From contig NC_043023.1 in assembly GCF_006345805.1 (NCBI RefSeq), positions 18,166,001 through 18,230,000 of the forward strand: 64,000 nt of DNA, given 5' to 3'. This document shows, piece by piece, positions 1 through 14,110 of this stretch. Made by a program: the position numbers and the translations under genes. Each line of letters starts with the position of its first letter. Positions within the stretch are counted from its first letter, which is position 1. Source of the DNA: Octopus sinensis. Its lineage: Eukaryota. Under the pieces are notes generated by a model. That model saw only the letters and a program-made list of their open reading frames with translations, ran no database searches and was not told the DNA's origin.

Positions 1-345
1 GACAGGAGCAATCATGGCGGGGATAGTTCTCTGTGACGAGATTCACTTGCAACTTAAATATGAGTGTCCCAACCAGTAATCGAAAGTTCTCAAGCTTGTC
101 GCCGCGCCTCCCAAGATCACCACCCTGTTCCAACAGGTGTATAGCAGTACCGAGTGCTGCGTGCGGGTGAACGGCAAGGATTCTGACTGGTTTTCCATTA
201 ACAAGGGATCAAAAAGATTGCAAGGCCACCCCTGGTCATATCAACTGTGTCATCGATTGTCTGATGGCCAAGGTCTGTAAGAAAGTATCTGGTGGTGCCT
301 TCGAGACAGCCATTTTACAAACCTGGCGTATACGAACAATACTAC
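1..345 (+). mobile_element. Decayed RTE-like LINE reverse transcriptase fragment
   Basis: Frameshifted translation resembling RTE-clade RT: PKITTLFQQVYSSTECCVRVNGKDSDWFSINKG..., ending in a degenerate LAY(A)DD-like segment. Confidence 0.65.
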
Positions 346-769
346 TCTATTGAGCAAATTGATCGACCCGGTCGGAGATGCACTCACCATAGAAGGCTTT
401 GGTCAGCTCACGGCTATAACAGAAGATAACTGCTTCTTGCCACAGTTACTCCTGTGTCTAATATGTGTATGTATATGTGCGTGTGTTTGTGTCAATATCT
501 ATCTCTCTATAATGGAATAAGATCCAGGTCTGTAAGCGTTAAGCAGTGTGTGGCAGGTTTTTGTAGAACATAAGAGGACAGTGTACAATAAGAAACAGTA
601 ACAATGTGTTGGCATCGAGATTTGTACACTTTTTCCCAAATCAAATTGCCAAGGAAATTTCGATAAACTGACGGCTTCTATACAGTTGAGAGATCGCAAC
701 CAGAGCTGTAACAAACATGAATAAAAACCCAGTTTGGATACGCACACGCACAGAGAGAGAGAGACAGAC

Positions 770-802
<33 letters not shown>

Positions 803-956
803 TGCGTAGGTGTGATAAGAAGCTTGCTTAGCAACCAAATGGATCTGGGTTGAGTCCCACTACGTGGCACCTTCGGCAAGTGTTTTCTACTATAGCCTCG
901 GGCCAATCAAAGGCTTGTGACTGGATTTGGTAGACGAAAACTGAAAGAAGCCCGTC

Positions 957-1017
<61 letters not shown>

Positions 1018-1262
1018 TGTGTGTGTGTAGTATATGTGTGTATGTGTGCGTTAGTGTTTGTGTATCTGTGTTTATCTCCCCGCCAACATCGCTTGACACC
1101 CGATGATGGTGTGTTTACATCCCTCTAATTTAGCGGTTCGGGAAAGAGACTGAGAATAATAAATAGGTTTACAAAGAATATATCGTGGGGTCGATATGCT
1201 CGCCTAATAGTGGTGCTCCTGCATGGTCGCAGTCAAATGACTGAAGCAAGTAAAAAGAACAC
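803..1262 (+). mobile_element. tRNA-derived SINE family 1 (head + internal (TA)n(TG)n + tail)
   Basis: Diverged copy of the element at 12756, 15621, 33849, 41606 and 56631; box-B-like GGGTTGAGTCCC and CORE-like GGCAAGTGTTTTCT. Confidence 0.8.
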
Positions 1263-1269
1263 AAGAATA

Positions 1270-2050
1270 CATTTGACAGTTTTCACAAAATAAAACTCCT
1301 TATCACATCCAAAATCGAGCATTTTAAAAATTCAAAACCTGTCAAAACTAGGTTTTGGCTGAGAGATATACTGAAATTATCTGCCCTTGACTTCCGCCAC
1401 AGCCTCAACACGTCTTCAAAGCCTGGCATATGCGTTCCTCACTGTGTCCTTGGGGAGATTTTCGAACCCCTCTTTGATCTAGGTCATCAGATTGGACTTA
1501 GTGCTGCAGGAAGAGTGGTTGGTATCTTTCTCAATTGCGCCCATCACATAGTAATCCAGGGTGTTACAATCAGAGGAATTAGAAGACCAGAAATTCGGGC
1601 TGGGGAAGTCGTAGAAAATCTCCAACAATCACGTCTGGCTTCTTCCAGCGGTATGACGAAGAGATGAATCTTGCTGCCACACATATGACCTTCCAATGGC
1701 AATCCTTTCCAGCCTACAGTTTATTGCAGTTTCAGAAAGCTGAGTGAATTGACGATGTTCAACGATGTGGAAATGAATTGTGGTGTGGTGCAGACACAAT
1801 CAGAACTCCTACTATGTCCCTTCCCAGTAGCTACAGATTCACAGTCTCATGCGTGTGTCACATCTCACAGCCTTTACAGTATTCACAGAGCATTGAGCGT
1901 CAGTCATGATGTCGGCATTTTGATATCCACCAAAATTTACAATGATACAGGAAACTCTTTTCAAATATTCAGAAATTTAATCTCCATGGTCTCCAACGCT
2001 GTTGACTGTTCACTAATGCATGAAGCTCTTGAGGAAAAGAAGTAGACTAA
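1270..2050 (-). mobile_element. Tc1/mariner transposase remnant
   Basis: Minus-strand translation gives NFWSSNSSDCNTLDYYVMGAIEKDTN (WPPNSPDxNPLDY-like motif); many stops and indels. Confidence 0.7.
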
Positions 2051-3701
2051 ACAAATCACCAAATTTGTGTATTTATAATATATACAAGCGCTCACCCGAC
2101 CTTTGACCCAGTGTGTACTCTACACAAATGGATTCATAAAGCATCTATCGTAATGCTTATGTATTAAGATCTTAGTTAAAGGTTACTAGTCGCTCTTCAA
2201 AGGATAAAATTCTAAATTCCAATCTGACTTGTCGTTACTTTTAATGTTTCCTGTTCTCTGGAGCGGGCATTTCTATCTGCGTTACGGTGAAGTTGTTCTG
2301 TTAACGTATATTCTGTTAAGCTGGCTTTTCTAATGGCTTGGGACTCCAGCTTCTGTCGTTTCTTCTCTTGGTAAAGGAAGGGCATTGCAAAAATCAAACC
2401 CACGATCTAGCTCTTGTGAGGGTAACACCCGAATCACTATGCCATACAGCTACTCACGCATGCACACGAGTATACACATACATAGACTTATATATGTACG
2501 TATATGCATAGAAAGCAATCGTTTTACACCTTTCCTCCATACTAGCATGGGTTGTATGAGTATATTATTGATTCATTCTTTTTGGATCTGGATCCTCTTC
2601 ATGTTATTAACCCTTACCAGTTGTTCAAGGGATCACTTATTCCAATGGTTTGTCTATTAAGAGGGAAAATGATAATCTAATCTTTCATAGCTGAGCAATT
2701 TTCAGTAACAGCAAATGGAAACATACACACACACACTCAAGCTGGTGTGTGCATATATATATATGCTTACGTACACTCACACACACACAAACACTTCATT
2801 TTGGCAGTTTTTTCACTGGTCCTCAGATTTTGTCCAGCAGTGTACGATGGGCTTCTCTCAGATTATGTCTATTTAATCCACTCAGAAGCCTTGGTCAACC
2901 ATGGGATTTGGAAGAAGGTACTTGCCTAAAGTATCATACAGTGGGACAAAACTGGTGGTTGGCGTTTGGAAGGGCATCCAGCAGTAAAATACCTGATGAA
3001 ATAGACAGTAGCCCAGGGTGGTTTTTTCTACCTGGACGGCTCCTGTCGTCCATCTTCCTCATGAAGGCATGGAAGGTTGACGGTATGTGGTGATGATGAT
3101 GATGATGATGTTAGTATATATATATATATGTACATAATGGAAATTTATTTAATAATTATGAAATAGTCATAAAGATATTTGCAAACTTTTATAAAGTAAT
3201 CACTTGTTGGAAAGGAAAGGAGAGGAAAAAAAGAGGAAAAGGAATTGGAGAAGAGAAAGCAGAGAGTATCTGTCGAAATATTAGCAAAGTAGATGAGATC
3301 AAATCAAAGATCAATACAGGAGGTTTTATTGAACAAACTCTGTTTCATTGATTCTTTTGCTAGTTTTCCTAAATTTACCTTTCTTTAGAGAATTAATTTG
3401 TTTTTTTTATATAAAGTGTCCCCCACCTTAGCTGGGGTATGATCCACATATTTAAAGCTCAAGTTGTAAGCAGAGGATATAGCTAACCTAGAGACAAGAC
3501 AATGATTGTTGTTAGGTCTATTACTGTCAAGAAGAACATTCAGCTATGAATAATACTTTAGATAAACTGAAGTTTACAATATCAATGTTATCTTATGCAA
3601 GATTTTAGAACCATCAACTTCTGTTTATTGTTGTTTAACTCATTTTATAAGCATTTTTAAAACTGTTTTGCTTTATTTTTTTGACTGATTTTATTCAAAA
3701 G

Positions 3702-3779
3702 ACAGCGAATATCAGACAGAAAATTTGGGAGGATGACATTGAAGGGGTTAAAAAATTAATAAGAAAGGATCCAACAATA
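3702..3779 (+). other. Possible orphan coding exon (ankyrin-like fragment)
   Basis: T-rich tract + AG, frame TANIRQKIWEDDIEGVKKLIRKDPTI, then GTAAGT donor at 3780; no partner exons identified. Confidence 0.3.
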
Positions 3780-4449
3780 GTAAGTTGTTCTGTTTATTGC
3801 CTTCTCAAATTTGACTGTTTATTATTTTATACACAATATGAAATGTTTTATACACAATATGAAATGTTTTATACACAATATGAAAAGTAGTGACATATAT
3901 TTGTCCATGATATTTCATTTCTTTCTTCACCTCTTTTCTCTAATCCTCATCATCGACATTTTTATAACTATTTAACCAAACATTGAGGCATGGCAGAATT
4001 GATGGAATGTGAGTGAGAAAGAAATCCATCACACACTGCAATGGGGTGTTCTGGTGGGAGGTATTCAGTCCAAGAGATGAGAGACAGATGGAGCCGATAA
4101 ATGGATGGTGACTTTTTAAAGAAGTCCTCTTGCCATACAGAGTTGAAGGTTTTATTGGTGTCAAGGGCAACACCAGTTTTTATAGAATTTTTTACACATA
4201 CGAACACACATGATATGTCACATAGGAATCAAACCCCGCTTTATAAAACAGTACTGCTGTTCATTGAATCTAGAAAGACACCTAAAGGGACAAAGGTGAT
4301 TTTTTAAATGACGTTTTACTTCATAATTGAAATATTGGAAGTTAGAATGACAGGATGGCAGTCAATAGATGCGATAGTGTCTGCAGGAATATAGAGCAGC
4401 GCTTCTCAGAGTGGTCACTACCACCAATGTGTGGGGGCCGTGGGAACAT

Positions 4450-5800
4450 TTTATATTAGTTTATGTATATATGGCGGTGGAGTTCCGTAATGTCAACACT
4501 GAGGAACTGGGCCTCCTACTTAGACTGACATGTAACAATGAATACGTAGATAAACATAATCTTAGTAGTTTCTGCCCCAGTATATGTTTAAGAAATAGAC
4601 CACCCACAATTACATCTATGGCTAGGAAGACATATAGAAAGATGGCGCGGATGGACCAGAGCTATACGGAGCACCGCAAATGTCCATCAGGTAAAGAAAA
4701 TGATCGCACATGCACTAGGAGCTAGTATAAGAGTTACCCTAAAAGGCCACACGTTTAAGTTTAACAATAAAATATATGCCCAGGACGAGGGGGCAGCCAT
4801 CGGCGTTAGTATTGCTGGTGATGTGGCCAACCTTTTCATGGTATGGTGGGACAGAAGGCTTAAGGAACGGCTGACACAGAACTCCATACTCGTAAACATG
4901 TACTCTCGCTATGTTGATGATATCAACATAGTGGTAAAGGCACCCCCACAAGAGAGTACTGGTTGATATAGTAATAGAAACTAATACTATGGAGAGCATC
5001 CAGCAAATAGCTAACTCCATCCACCAGAGTATTAAGGTCACAATAGACTACCCCACAAAACACCCCAACCATAGACTACCAGTACTAGACACTGAACTCT
5101 GGCTAAAAATTGTGAATAATAAAACCCAAACCCTTCATTCGTACTATGCCAAATCTATGGCCTCAAATACTTGATCCACCAGAACTCGCCCATTGCGAAC
5201 AATACCAAATACAATATTTTAATGGCAGACCTCGTCAGAATAATGAGAAATGTGTCACGCATGTGCGAGCCTACAGAGTTAAAGAGACACATACAATATT
5301 CCATTCACCGCATGCAATTCTCAGGTTACAGCCATAAAGAAAGGAGCAGAGTATACAAAGGTGCCATGAAGAAATTTAATAATATATTATGTAATGATAG
5401 GAATGGGATTTGCTCACTCTATAGGAACAATTCATGGAACACTATAGAAAGGACAAAAAAGAAATTGGAAAGCCAACTCTTGTTATGATAGCCATAAATA
5501 CCAGAGTGTCATGTTCGTTGACACCACCCCTGGAGGTGAACTGGCGTACCGCTTTAGAAGGATCCTAGACAAACTTAAGCTAAGGATTAATGTTGTTGAA
5601 AAGCCAGGCAAACCTATCAAATCTATAATTGGTAGAACCTATCCTTTTAGTAGAACCCCTGTACGGATAAGTACTGTACTGTATGTAGATTTAGCCCACA
5701 AACAAACTGTAAAGCCAGAAATGCAGTCGATAGTATAAGATGTATAGAGGAACGATGCAATAACAAGACAACGACATACGTAGGGGAAACGGCAAGAAGC
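4450..5800 (+). mobile_element. Penelope-like retroelement remnant (RT to start of GIY-YIG)
   Basis: GAAIGVSIAGDVANLFM, YSRYVDDINIV (RT catalytic), LPVLDTELW, FVDTTPGGELA and terminal TYVGETARS-like motif; stops and frameshifts. Confidence 0.85.
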
Positions 5801-6384
5801 ATAGGAGAGCGGGTAAATTATTATTATTATTATTATTACTTTTTTTTCTTCTTTCAAATTTTCCTCCATTTCTTGCCGAGTGTCTTCCCGACTCCTAGGG
5901 CAAAGAAACTCATAGTGTATATTGGTAGGCCATTAAACCAAACTCAGTAGTTCGTTCATTTTTTAAAATTTTTTTTTTTAAAGTTAAATTAAAATGCATG
6001 AGCAGCAACAGTTCTCACATCGACAATGCTCTTCTCAATACGTGTGATGTACCAGTTAAGACAATCTTTTGCACTTCTTGCAGGGATGGTAAGCCAGGGA
6101 TCATTCTCATATAATTTTCGGTTCATGCTATAATGGTACGATTATAATTGTAACGGCAATGATGGCCGTCTCCCCACGAGCCAATCAAAGCTAAAAAAAT
6201 GATAACATTATTGTAGCACCAAAATGTTTTTGGAAACTAAAAGGAAAACTAAATCAGTATACCAAATCGCTTGTCCTATGGTTAATCTGGAAGCGCGTCC
6301 CCCAGGGAAGAGCCAGCCTGGGATCGAAAAGTCATCAACTGGCACAAACTCTTCTCCGAATACGGACATGGATGTAATATACGC

Positions 6385-6429
<45 letters not shown>

Positions 6430-6440
6430 TATTATTATTA

Positions 6441-6478
<38 letters not shown>

Positions 6479-6692
6479 CCATTTTTATGGGAATAGAAAT
6501 GGTGAAGTATTTGAAACATCGAAAGCAGCAGAAAAATATACTTTACGTGGTTATGATTGTAAGTGAATGAGATTTCTAGAAGAATCTGCAGGTATTGATG
6601 TTTCACCCATCTCAACTGAGGCGAAGCTATGTATAGCTATATGCAGTTGACGCACTTAAATACCCATATACAAGCGTAGTTGCACATATATA

Positions 6693-7315
6693 TTTTTTTG
6701 TGTCCCTAGCACGAGGCATCCTTATTTGGGAGCCCTTAATTATATTGCTATATGAATAATATTTTTCTATATGAATGATATTTTGTCTAATGACTAATTC
6801 ATCTTTTGTACTAGGACACAGGTAATAATAATCTATGTTAGTACTCTTTTTGATTATATCCACATATTGCTTGATAGATTTGTTCGTAAATTTTTTCCCG
6901 GCATGCCCTATATCGCCGGGTATATTTTGCGTCTGCGCAGAGATTTGAAAAGTTAAGATTTACAAATCGTTTAGATCAACACATGGTCTAACGTTCTGTG
7001 CTTCTCGTTTTAACAAAGGCCTCCCGCTGACGAAACCAGCTTTAGCAAACAGATTCTGTCTGTTTTGCTAGAAAGAGGTAGAAACTGATCAGTCCGGGAT
7101 ATATCGTTATTGGTAAATGTTTTTGATTTTCACTCTCGATGAATTTATCCCTTTTTTGTGTCCCTAACCCTAGGCATCCTTATTTGGGGGCCCTTAATTA
7201 TATCGCTATATGAATAATATTTTCTATATAAATGATATTTTGTCTAATGACTAATTCATCTTTTGTACTAGGACGCTGGTAATAATAATCTATGTTATTA
7301 CCCTTTTTGATTATA

Positions 7316-7320
<5 letters not shown>
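6693..7320 (+). repeat. ~170-bp direct repeats (6693-6865, 7152-7320) bracketing a hammerhead-containing unit, period ~458 bp
   Basis: Near-identical TTTTTTGTGTCCCTA...GATTATAT blocks; second copy runs into (TA)n. Confidence 0.9.
7022..7099 (+). ncRNA. Candidate type I hammerhead ribozyme
   Basis: Stem I TCCCG(7022-26)/CGGGA(7095-99); core CTGACGA 7027-33; long stem II; GAAA 7081-84; palindromic stem III ACTGATCAGT 7084-93; GTC cleavage triplet ending 7094. Confidence 0.75.
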
Positions 7321-7358
<38 letters not shown>

Positions 7359-7399
7359 TTACCTACACACACACATATATACATACATATTTATAAACG

Positions 7400-7459
<60 letters not shown>

Positions 7460-7974
7460 TATACATCAACATCTGTGCATCGGTATGCAAGGATTTGTAT
7501 GTATATGAATACATATCTGTATGCATGAATATATACATTTGTATCTGTTGTGCATCTATAGTCATGAATTTATTCAAACATATTACAGCAGTGGCACATA
7601 TACAAGTCTGTGCAAAGAATGTATATAACTCATTGCAAGTGGCATTTTGTCAAAGGAAACTGGAAGAAGCCTCTCCTGTATGTCTGTATATATATAGAGA
7701 GATGTTAGTATACATATATATATATATATAATTATATATGTGTGTGTGTATGCCTGTGTGTGAAATATGAGTATGTGTGTGTGTACGCGTGCGTATGTTA
7801 TTATGTCCATGTTTTTCCTGCACCAGGATATACAGCCGGTGCTGGTGTGTTTACATCCCCATAATCCATCGGTTTGGCACAACCTGCTGGAATAAGTAAA
7901 ATTTTTTAATGTCCTGTGCTCTATTTGTCCAACCCAAACCCTAGAATATGTTGCCCCAGCATGGCCGCAGTAAC

Positions 7975-8019
<45 letters not shown>

Positions 8020-8376
8020 CATGTGTGTATACATGTATATACATATATATATATGTATATCTATCTATCTATCTATCTATCTATCTTACTATCTATATAT
8101 ACATATACACACACACATACACATATATATATATGTATGTATATGCAACAATATGTGTGCGTGTTTGTGTTACTTTGCTATAAACTTCTGTGTGTATGGT
8201 TGTTCACCTGCTTATACTGTATATGCGATTATGTGTATATGTTCTTTGAATGCACGCACATACACAGGCACGCGCGCACTGATATCTCTCTATATATGAA
8301 TGTATATATGTACGTATGTGTATGAACTTACACGCACATGTATATATAAAAGCACACATAACGATGTATTTATATG

Positions 8377-8419
<43 letters not shown>

Positions 8420-8436
8420 TTATATAGATGTGTGTA

Positions 8437-8474
<38 letters not shown>

Positions 8475-9739
8475 ATGGTGGTGGTGGTGGTGGTGGTGAC
8501 AATGCATGATTGATAAATTCATCGAAATCCCCAGGTTTTAACGATAGGGTACCGAATAATTTGTGAGGACGAGTCTTTCGCGGACATAGTTGCCACAGTA
8601 AGAATGGGGTTTGATAAAGTTTAGAGAGTTACTGTGTCTGCTGGCCACAAATGGCTTGTTTGTCAGTGACATGGCCATAGCGATGTGCCTCGTGGTAACA
8701 AGTGATGGGCCTTGAATGGAGAGGATCTGCGAAGGTTTGGAAAGGAATGTGGTGACGATGGAAGTGTAATGTTAGTTTCTATGAATGGTAAAGAACAAAT
8801 GAGCTGAGAGAAAAAGACATGAGACATAAAAGAAGTTATGTGATATATTCAAGTTTAAGATTAAACCTATGTTATACTTTGAAAGTCATGTTTGCCATAT
8901 TACCACCGTTTATTATTTTATTTTTGAGCACCATAGCATACTTAAAAATAATTTCAAATATAAAACAATTAATATTAAATTTGGGTTCGAAGTTTAGCTT
9001 TATATTATACACTTAATGAATCACAGGACTAAACTCGGTAAATTATCTTAATATAATCAACCTGTTTACAACAATATTTTTATTTCGGTCGTCCAAACGA
9101 AACACTTGACATACTTTCTAATCACTAATGCCTGGTTTCTATTTTTAAAATTGGTTCCCATTGTTTAGTTGAAATAATGTTTGCATTTCCAGGTGACTCA
9201 TTGCTGATAATATTCGCTTAATCAGTAAAGAAACTAATTGTTGAAATCGAAAAATAAATATGAAAGTCACCAAATGTTGAAACGGAAGTAAAAAAAAACT
9301 GTTCTTGAAATATCGGTTTCAAATCGTGGTACAAGATCATTAATGTTTTTGGAAGGGTTAACCGATTATATTGACCCCCAGAACTGCTACTTGTTTAGCT
9401 ACCCTGGAAGGAAGAAAATCAAAGTCGACCTCGGCAGAAATTGATCTCCTTCCTTTCCCTTTCTTTCCTTCTTGCTTTCTTTCTTTCTTTCTTTCTTGCT
9501 TGCTTGCTTCCTTTCTCTCCCTTCTTTCCACTCTTTATCCCTCTCTCCCTTTTACTGTCTTCATTCATATCTCTCTCTCATACTCTCTCACGGTCTGTCA
9601 CCGCCCCTCTCTCACTCTCTCCCCGGCTATTACATTCTCAACATTCTGCTAGACAGTAGACAGAATTCTGAGGGGTTGTCACTGTCTGCACCTGACTACA
9701 CAGGCATCTGAAACAATTAGCAAAAGTATGCTACATACT

Positions 9740-10380
9740 ACCAGGTCCTCTTTGTTTCTCAGTCACAGCTATGCTCCCTGCTATTAATAAACTCCTTATT
9801 CTTACTTATCACTGATGTGGTCCAATGAAACCCCTTGTTACTCCTTTTCTCCGAATCAAGCATGGAATTTCTTTGTCAGACACAACTAAGGTAACTAGAC
9901 AATCCCCATGTAGGAAATTCCTGTAAAGTTTTAAATCCTTTTCTTGTGGCTTAGAGACGTGTAGTGAACAGGGGAGGGATGTGGGTCCAATTTGGTGTTG
10001 ATCCTATTCTCACTATTTCTCCAGGGAGTTCAGGTAATACAGAACAGTTGGAGGATGATTTTCCTGGTATTTTTTCCTCCATGTGCAGTGACTTGTTCGA
10101 TGTCGGAAGACATTTCTTCCAAGTCTTCTTTGCCGAATGATTCCATTCGTGATTTGTCAGGTACTTACTTGGATCATTTTTTTTATAAATTAGAGGCTGA
10201 TGACTTCTCTTCAATGTGTAGTGGCCCTTCAGGTCTTCTTTCTAGAGAGCAGCTTATTAGAGCGCAGGGTGAGGATGCTGAGTTGCAGACGTTAGCCAAT
10301 ATATCTGTCTCTTTCGTGGAGGTTAGCAAGGTACCAGTTCTCTACCACTTTAGGGATAGTGTACGGATGAGGAAATATAG
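9740..10380 (+). mobile_element. Gypsy-type LTR retrotransposon pol remnant
   Basis: FPPCAVT(R)SM motif, then SREQLIRAQGEDAEL...YHFRDSVRMRKYR, typical of Gypsy gag-pol linkers. Confidence 0.65.
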
Positions 10381-10887
10381 GCTTATTCCTATATGCGTTT
10401 ACCTTTTTCTGATGATATCTAGAAACAAACAGCAATTTTAGCAAAGCATATTTACCAACACTAATAATAAATCAAAAACATAAAAATTAACACGCTATAA
10501 TGCTATGATGCTAGTTCTTTCATAAGTAACAATGTAATATTGTAATAAGAATACACGTTACAAACTATAGAAACTATAATTATCAATGTGGTTATTAAAT
10601 TTAATAAGGGAAATAAAACTATTTGTTTTTATTATCATTATTATTATTATTATTATATTATTATTATTATTATCATTATAATTATCGCGAATTAATTATT
10701 GAATTAAATTAATTTATTTATACAGATAATTATTTAGTATAACGAACAGAGCTTATTTGTAATATGCATTAATATCAAATATATAAAATAATGCTGTCTT
10801 TTACATTAAGTACAAGAATATGGACTAAAATATTCAATATTTTGAATTAATTCTCTAAAACATAACAAAACTTAAATGCCTACATAT

Positions 10888-10946
<59 letters not shown>

Positions 10947-11398
10947 CATATATATATGTGTGTATGTGTGTCAATGTATATGTATATATATTTATATATA
11001 TATATATATACAAGTACATATACTTTTACACAGATATACATAAAACATATAGATGTATACAACGAAAATATGCACATAGATATACAGACCTATATACATA
11101 CATACCTATATATATACATATATAAATATATATACATATTTATATACACATAAATAAACATTCACACACACATATTTCTACCCATAGACACTCATTTATA
11201 CATACACATATATATAAATATATACATATATACGTACATGCATACATACATACATACACATATATATATATATACGTATACATATGTATGCATGTATATT
11301 TGTATATACGTATATATGTGTATATGTGGTTGTATACGTGAGCATATATATATATATGTATATATACATATACTTGTTACTTTATACGTTTGTGTATG

Positions 11399-11430
<32 letters not shown>

Positions 11431-11731
11431 AAGAGGTATGTAGACATGTATATAAATACATACCTATACACGTATCCATCTATGTACATACAAACTCACA
11501 CAAACCTACGCACGCACACATACACACACATGTATGTCTGTACAATATTGCTAAATACGACGACGCTGGAGATGATTTTAATCGCTTACCACTGCATTGC
11601 AGTATTGCGTCACCCATTTTGCATTAAAATTCTGATACATTGTAATAACACGATACATTCAAAACAGTATTAAAGTAGGTTCTAAAGGTTAAATCAGGTG
11701 AAAAAAACAACATACCTTCCTTTATAAAAAT

Positions 11732-12121
11732 ACTAGCAGTTTCGCCCAGCGTTGCTTGGGTTTGTTTCCACCCTTTAGATTTGGAATTTTTGAAAAGTAA
11801 AACTTTTGCATTATGTATCTTGTTATTCACTTTAAGTGAACGTTTTTCTGGTTGAAATACATCGAAAAATGGTGACACAGCAGTCGAAAAATCGTAAAAA
11901 ATAGGGATTTTCATAGGAAAAAGAACCTTTTTGATGTAGATAATTTTTGGTCATAACATGGTCCGATTTGATTTTATCTTCTACGGAATGAAGAGCAAGC
12001 CTTCTTCTATCATATTCTCAACTTTGGTCAACTTGCGCGGCGTGGTCTCGGAAGAGATAGTGTTAGTTGAAGGCTACCAAACCTGCCACACACAGATAAC
12101 TTCAGCTTTATATATATAGAT
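11732..12121 (+). mobile_element. Non-autonomous Helitron/Helentron-like (HINE-type) element
   Basis: Begins ACTAGCAGTTTCGCCCAGCG and ends TTCAGCTTTATATATATAGAT, the terminal pattern of Lep1/DINE-like elements. Confidence 0.55.
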
Positions 12122-12755
12122 TTCACACAATTCTCTCTCCCTCTCTAAAATAATAAGCATTATTCAGCTTTTGTAAAGTAGTGACTCAATAAATCACACA
12201 CACACACATACATATTAAGAACCCGCGAGATAGTAAAATCCATAGCCACTCATAAGAAGGAGTATTTGTGAAATGTCCCAATGAAAAGCTCAATAAAATA
12301 TAAACATAATCGACGGGACAGTTAAGATTTGCGTCGGAGAAGAGAATCTGTGTACAGCTGTGGACATCAGCTGAACAACAGATGTTAACATAATGCTAAA
12401 GATCTTAAAAACAACTCTTGAACTCTCGAGAAACCTACAGTTACTCTCCCTATATTATAAGTTGACGTATAAACCTGAACTTGCAAACTGTAATTGTTGG
12501 AGTACTGGGATATGCAGCATAATGCCTAATCGTGAGAAATTAAGTTTCTCAAAACCAGAAAAAAGAACTTGATTCGACGACTACAGTTCCAAGCCACCAC
12601 TGGGTCGGTTAAAATGAAAAACTTTCCAGAAATATATCATTTCTAGATATTTATCACCCAGATTTCAAATATAAACATGAAAATACATCCATGAAACAAA
12701 TTATACAAATCTGGACGTGTAATGATTTCAAATACTATTGATATGATAATTTATA

Positions 12756-12926
12756 GGCGCAGGAGTGGCTGTGTGGTAAGTAGCTTGCTTAGCAACCACA
12801 TGGCTTCGGGTTCAGTCCTACCGCTTGGCACCTTGGCCAAGTGTATTCTACTATAGCCTCGGGCTTACCAAGGCCTTGTGAGTGGATTTGGCAGACGGAA
12901 ACTGAAAGAAGCCCATCGTATAAATG

Positions 12927-13001
<75 letters not shown>

Positions 13002-13205
13002 GTGTATGTATGTGTGTCTGTGTTTGTCCCCCAACATCGCTTGACAACCGATGCTGGTGTGTTTACGTCCCCGTAACAAAAGAGACCGATACAATAAGTA
13101 CTAGGCTTACAAAGAACAAGTGCTGGGGTCGATTTGCTCGACTGAAGGCGGTGCTCCAGCATGGCCGCGGTCAAATGACTGAAACAAGTAAAAGAGTAAA
13201 AGAGT
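12756..13205 (+). mobile_element. SINE family 1, full length
   Basis: GGCGCAGGAGTGGCTGTGTGGTAAG head, GGGTTCAGTCC box B, internal (TA)n(TG)n, tail ending (AAAAGAGT)n. Confidence 0.9.
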
Positions 13206-13479
13206 ATATGTTATGATACACATGCAAAAATACACTGTGATGTTGAACTTGCAAAGAAGGAGCCGTTTAGAATGCAACTCACCCTCCACATATAAAAATT
13301 GATAACCACGTAAGTGAAGAAATAGATAAATACATTCTAGTATGAACGTATTTATACAGACGTGTATTCACGTCATATGTGCGAATATAATCCTTGTATC
13401 TGTTACAATTTAATTTTCGTCTAATTTCGAATTCTAAGTTATTCGTTAGTTTCTTACAGACTTACCAACATCCTTTGTA

Positions 13480-14110
13480 TTTCCGCACCATCTTCCACCC
13501 GACTCCACTATCACAATCAACATGTCCATCCAACATGAAGAAGAAGCCTTGTCTCTTTCGGAAACAGGTGATTGTTTCGACAGGAAAGATATCCGAGTTG
13601 GACCGCCTCCTGTACATACACCTTAGAACCATCATGGCATCTCATGTGGCTCTTTAAACCAGTCAATGTTTTGAAAAGAAACCCACATAGATTGCATATC
13701 CGATGTGGACAACCAAGATCTGCAGATAAGTTCTGATTTTTGTGGATCTTAAAATGTCTTTTGAGGCCTCCGTTAGATTTGCAGACATTCTGTTGTACAT
13801 TGCATGGAAATGTGTGCACAGGTATAGAGGCAGAACAGGTGTTGGAGATTCGTTTTCCATGGGAACGCAAATGAGATTTGAGCCCAGCATAAGTAAGGCC
13901 TGGTCAGTCACAAACTGCACACAGAAATGTAATTGTGATTCACCTTCTCGATCGTAACATTCTTCCTTAAATCTCTCTTCAGTCTTCCATGCGTTATCCT
14001 GGTCTCTTCAAACGTTGTTGCTTCGTTGGATCATCGGCGACTGAATATGCAACTCCACCAGGGTTGCTTGATGAGAAGGGGTGATTGTTGGACACCCTGC
14101 AGGACCAACA
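13480..14110 (-). mobile_element. LINE 3' end remnant with C2H2 zinc fingers
   Basis: VCKSNGGLKRHFKIH and CNLCGFLFKTLTGLKSHMRCH resemble C-terminal zinc fingers of RTE-like LINE ORFs; decayed context. Confidence 0.6.

Noticed and set aside
3825-3890. 21-bp triple repeat TTTTATACACAATATGAAATG
   Set aside because: Simple local slippage downstream of the candidate donor; no further structure
12756-12830. tRNA genes
   Set aside because: tRNA-like boxes are SINE heads with no complete cloverleaf
13517-13870. C2H2 zinc-finger host gene
   Set aside because: No splice structure; lies in decayed LINE-like 3' sequence
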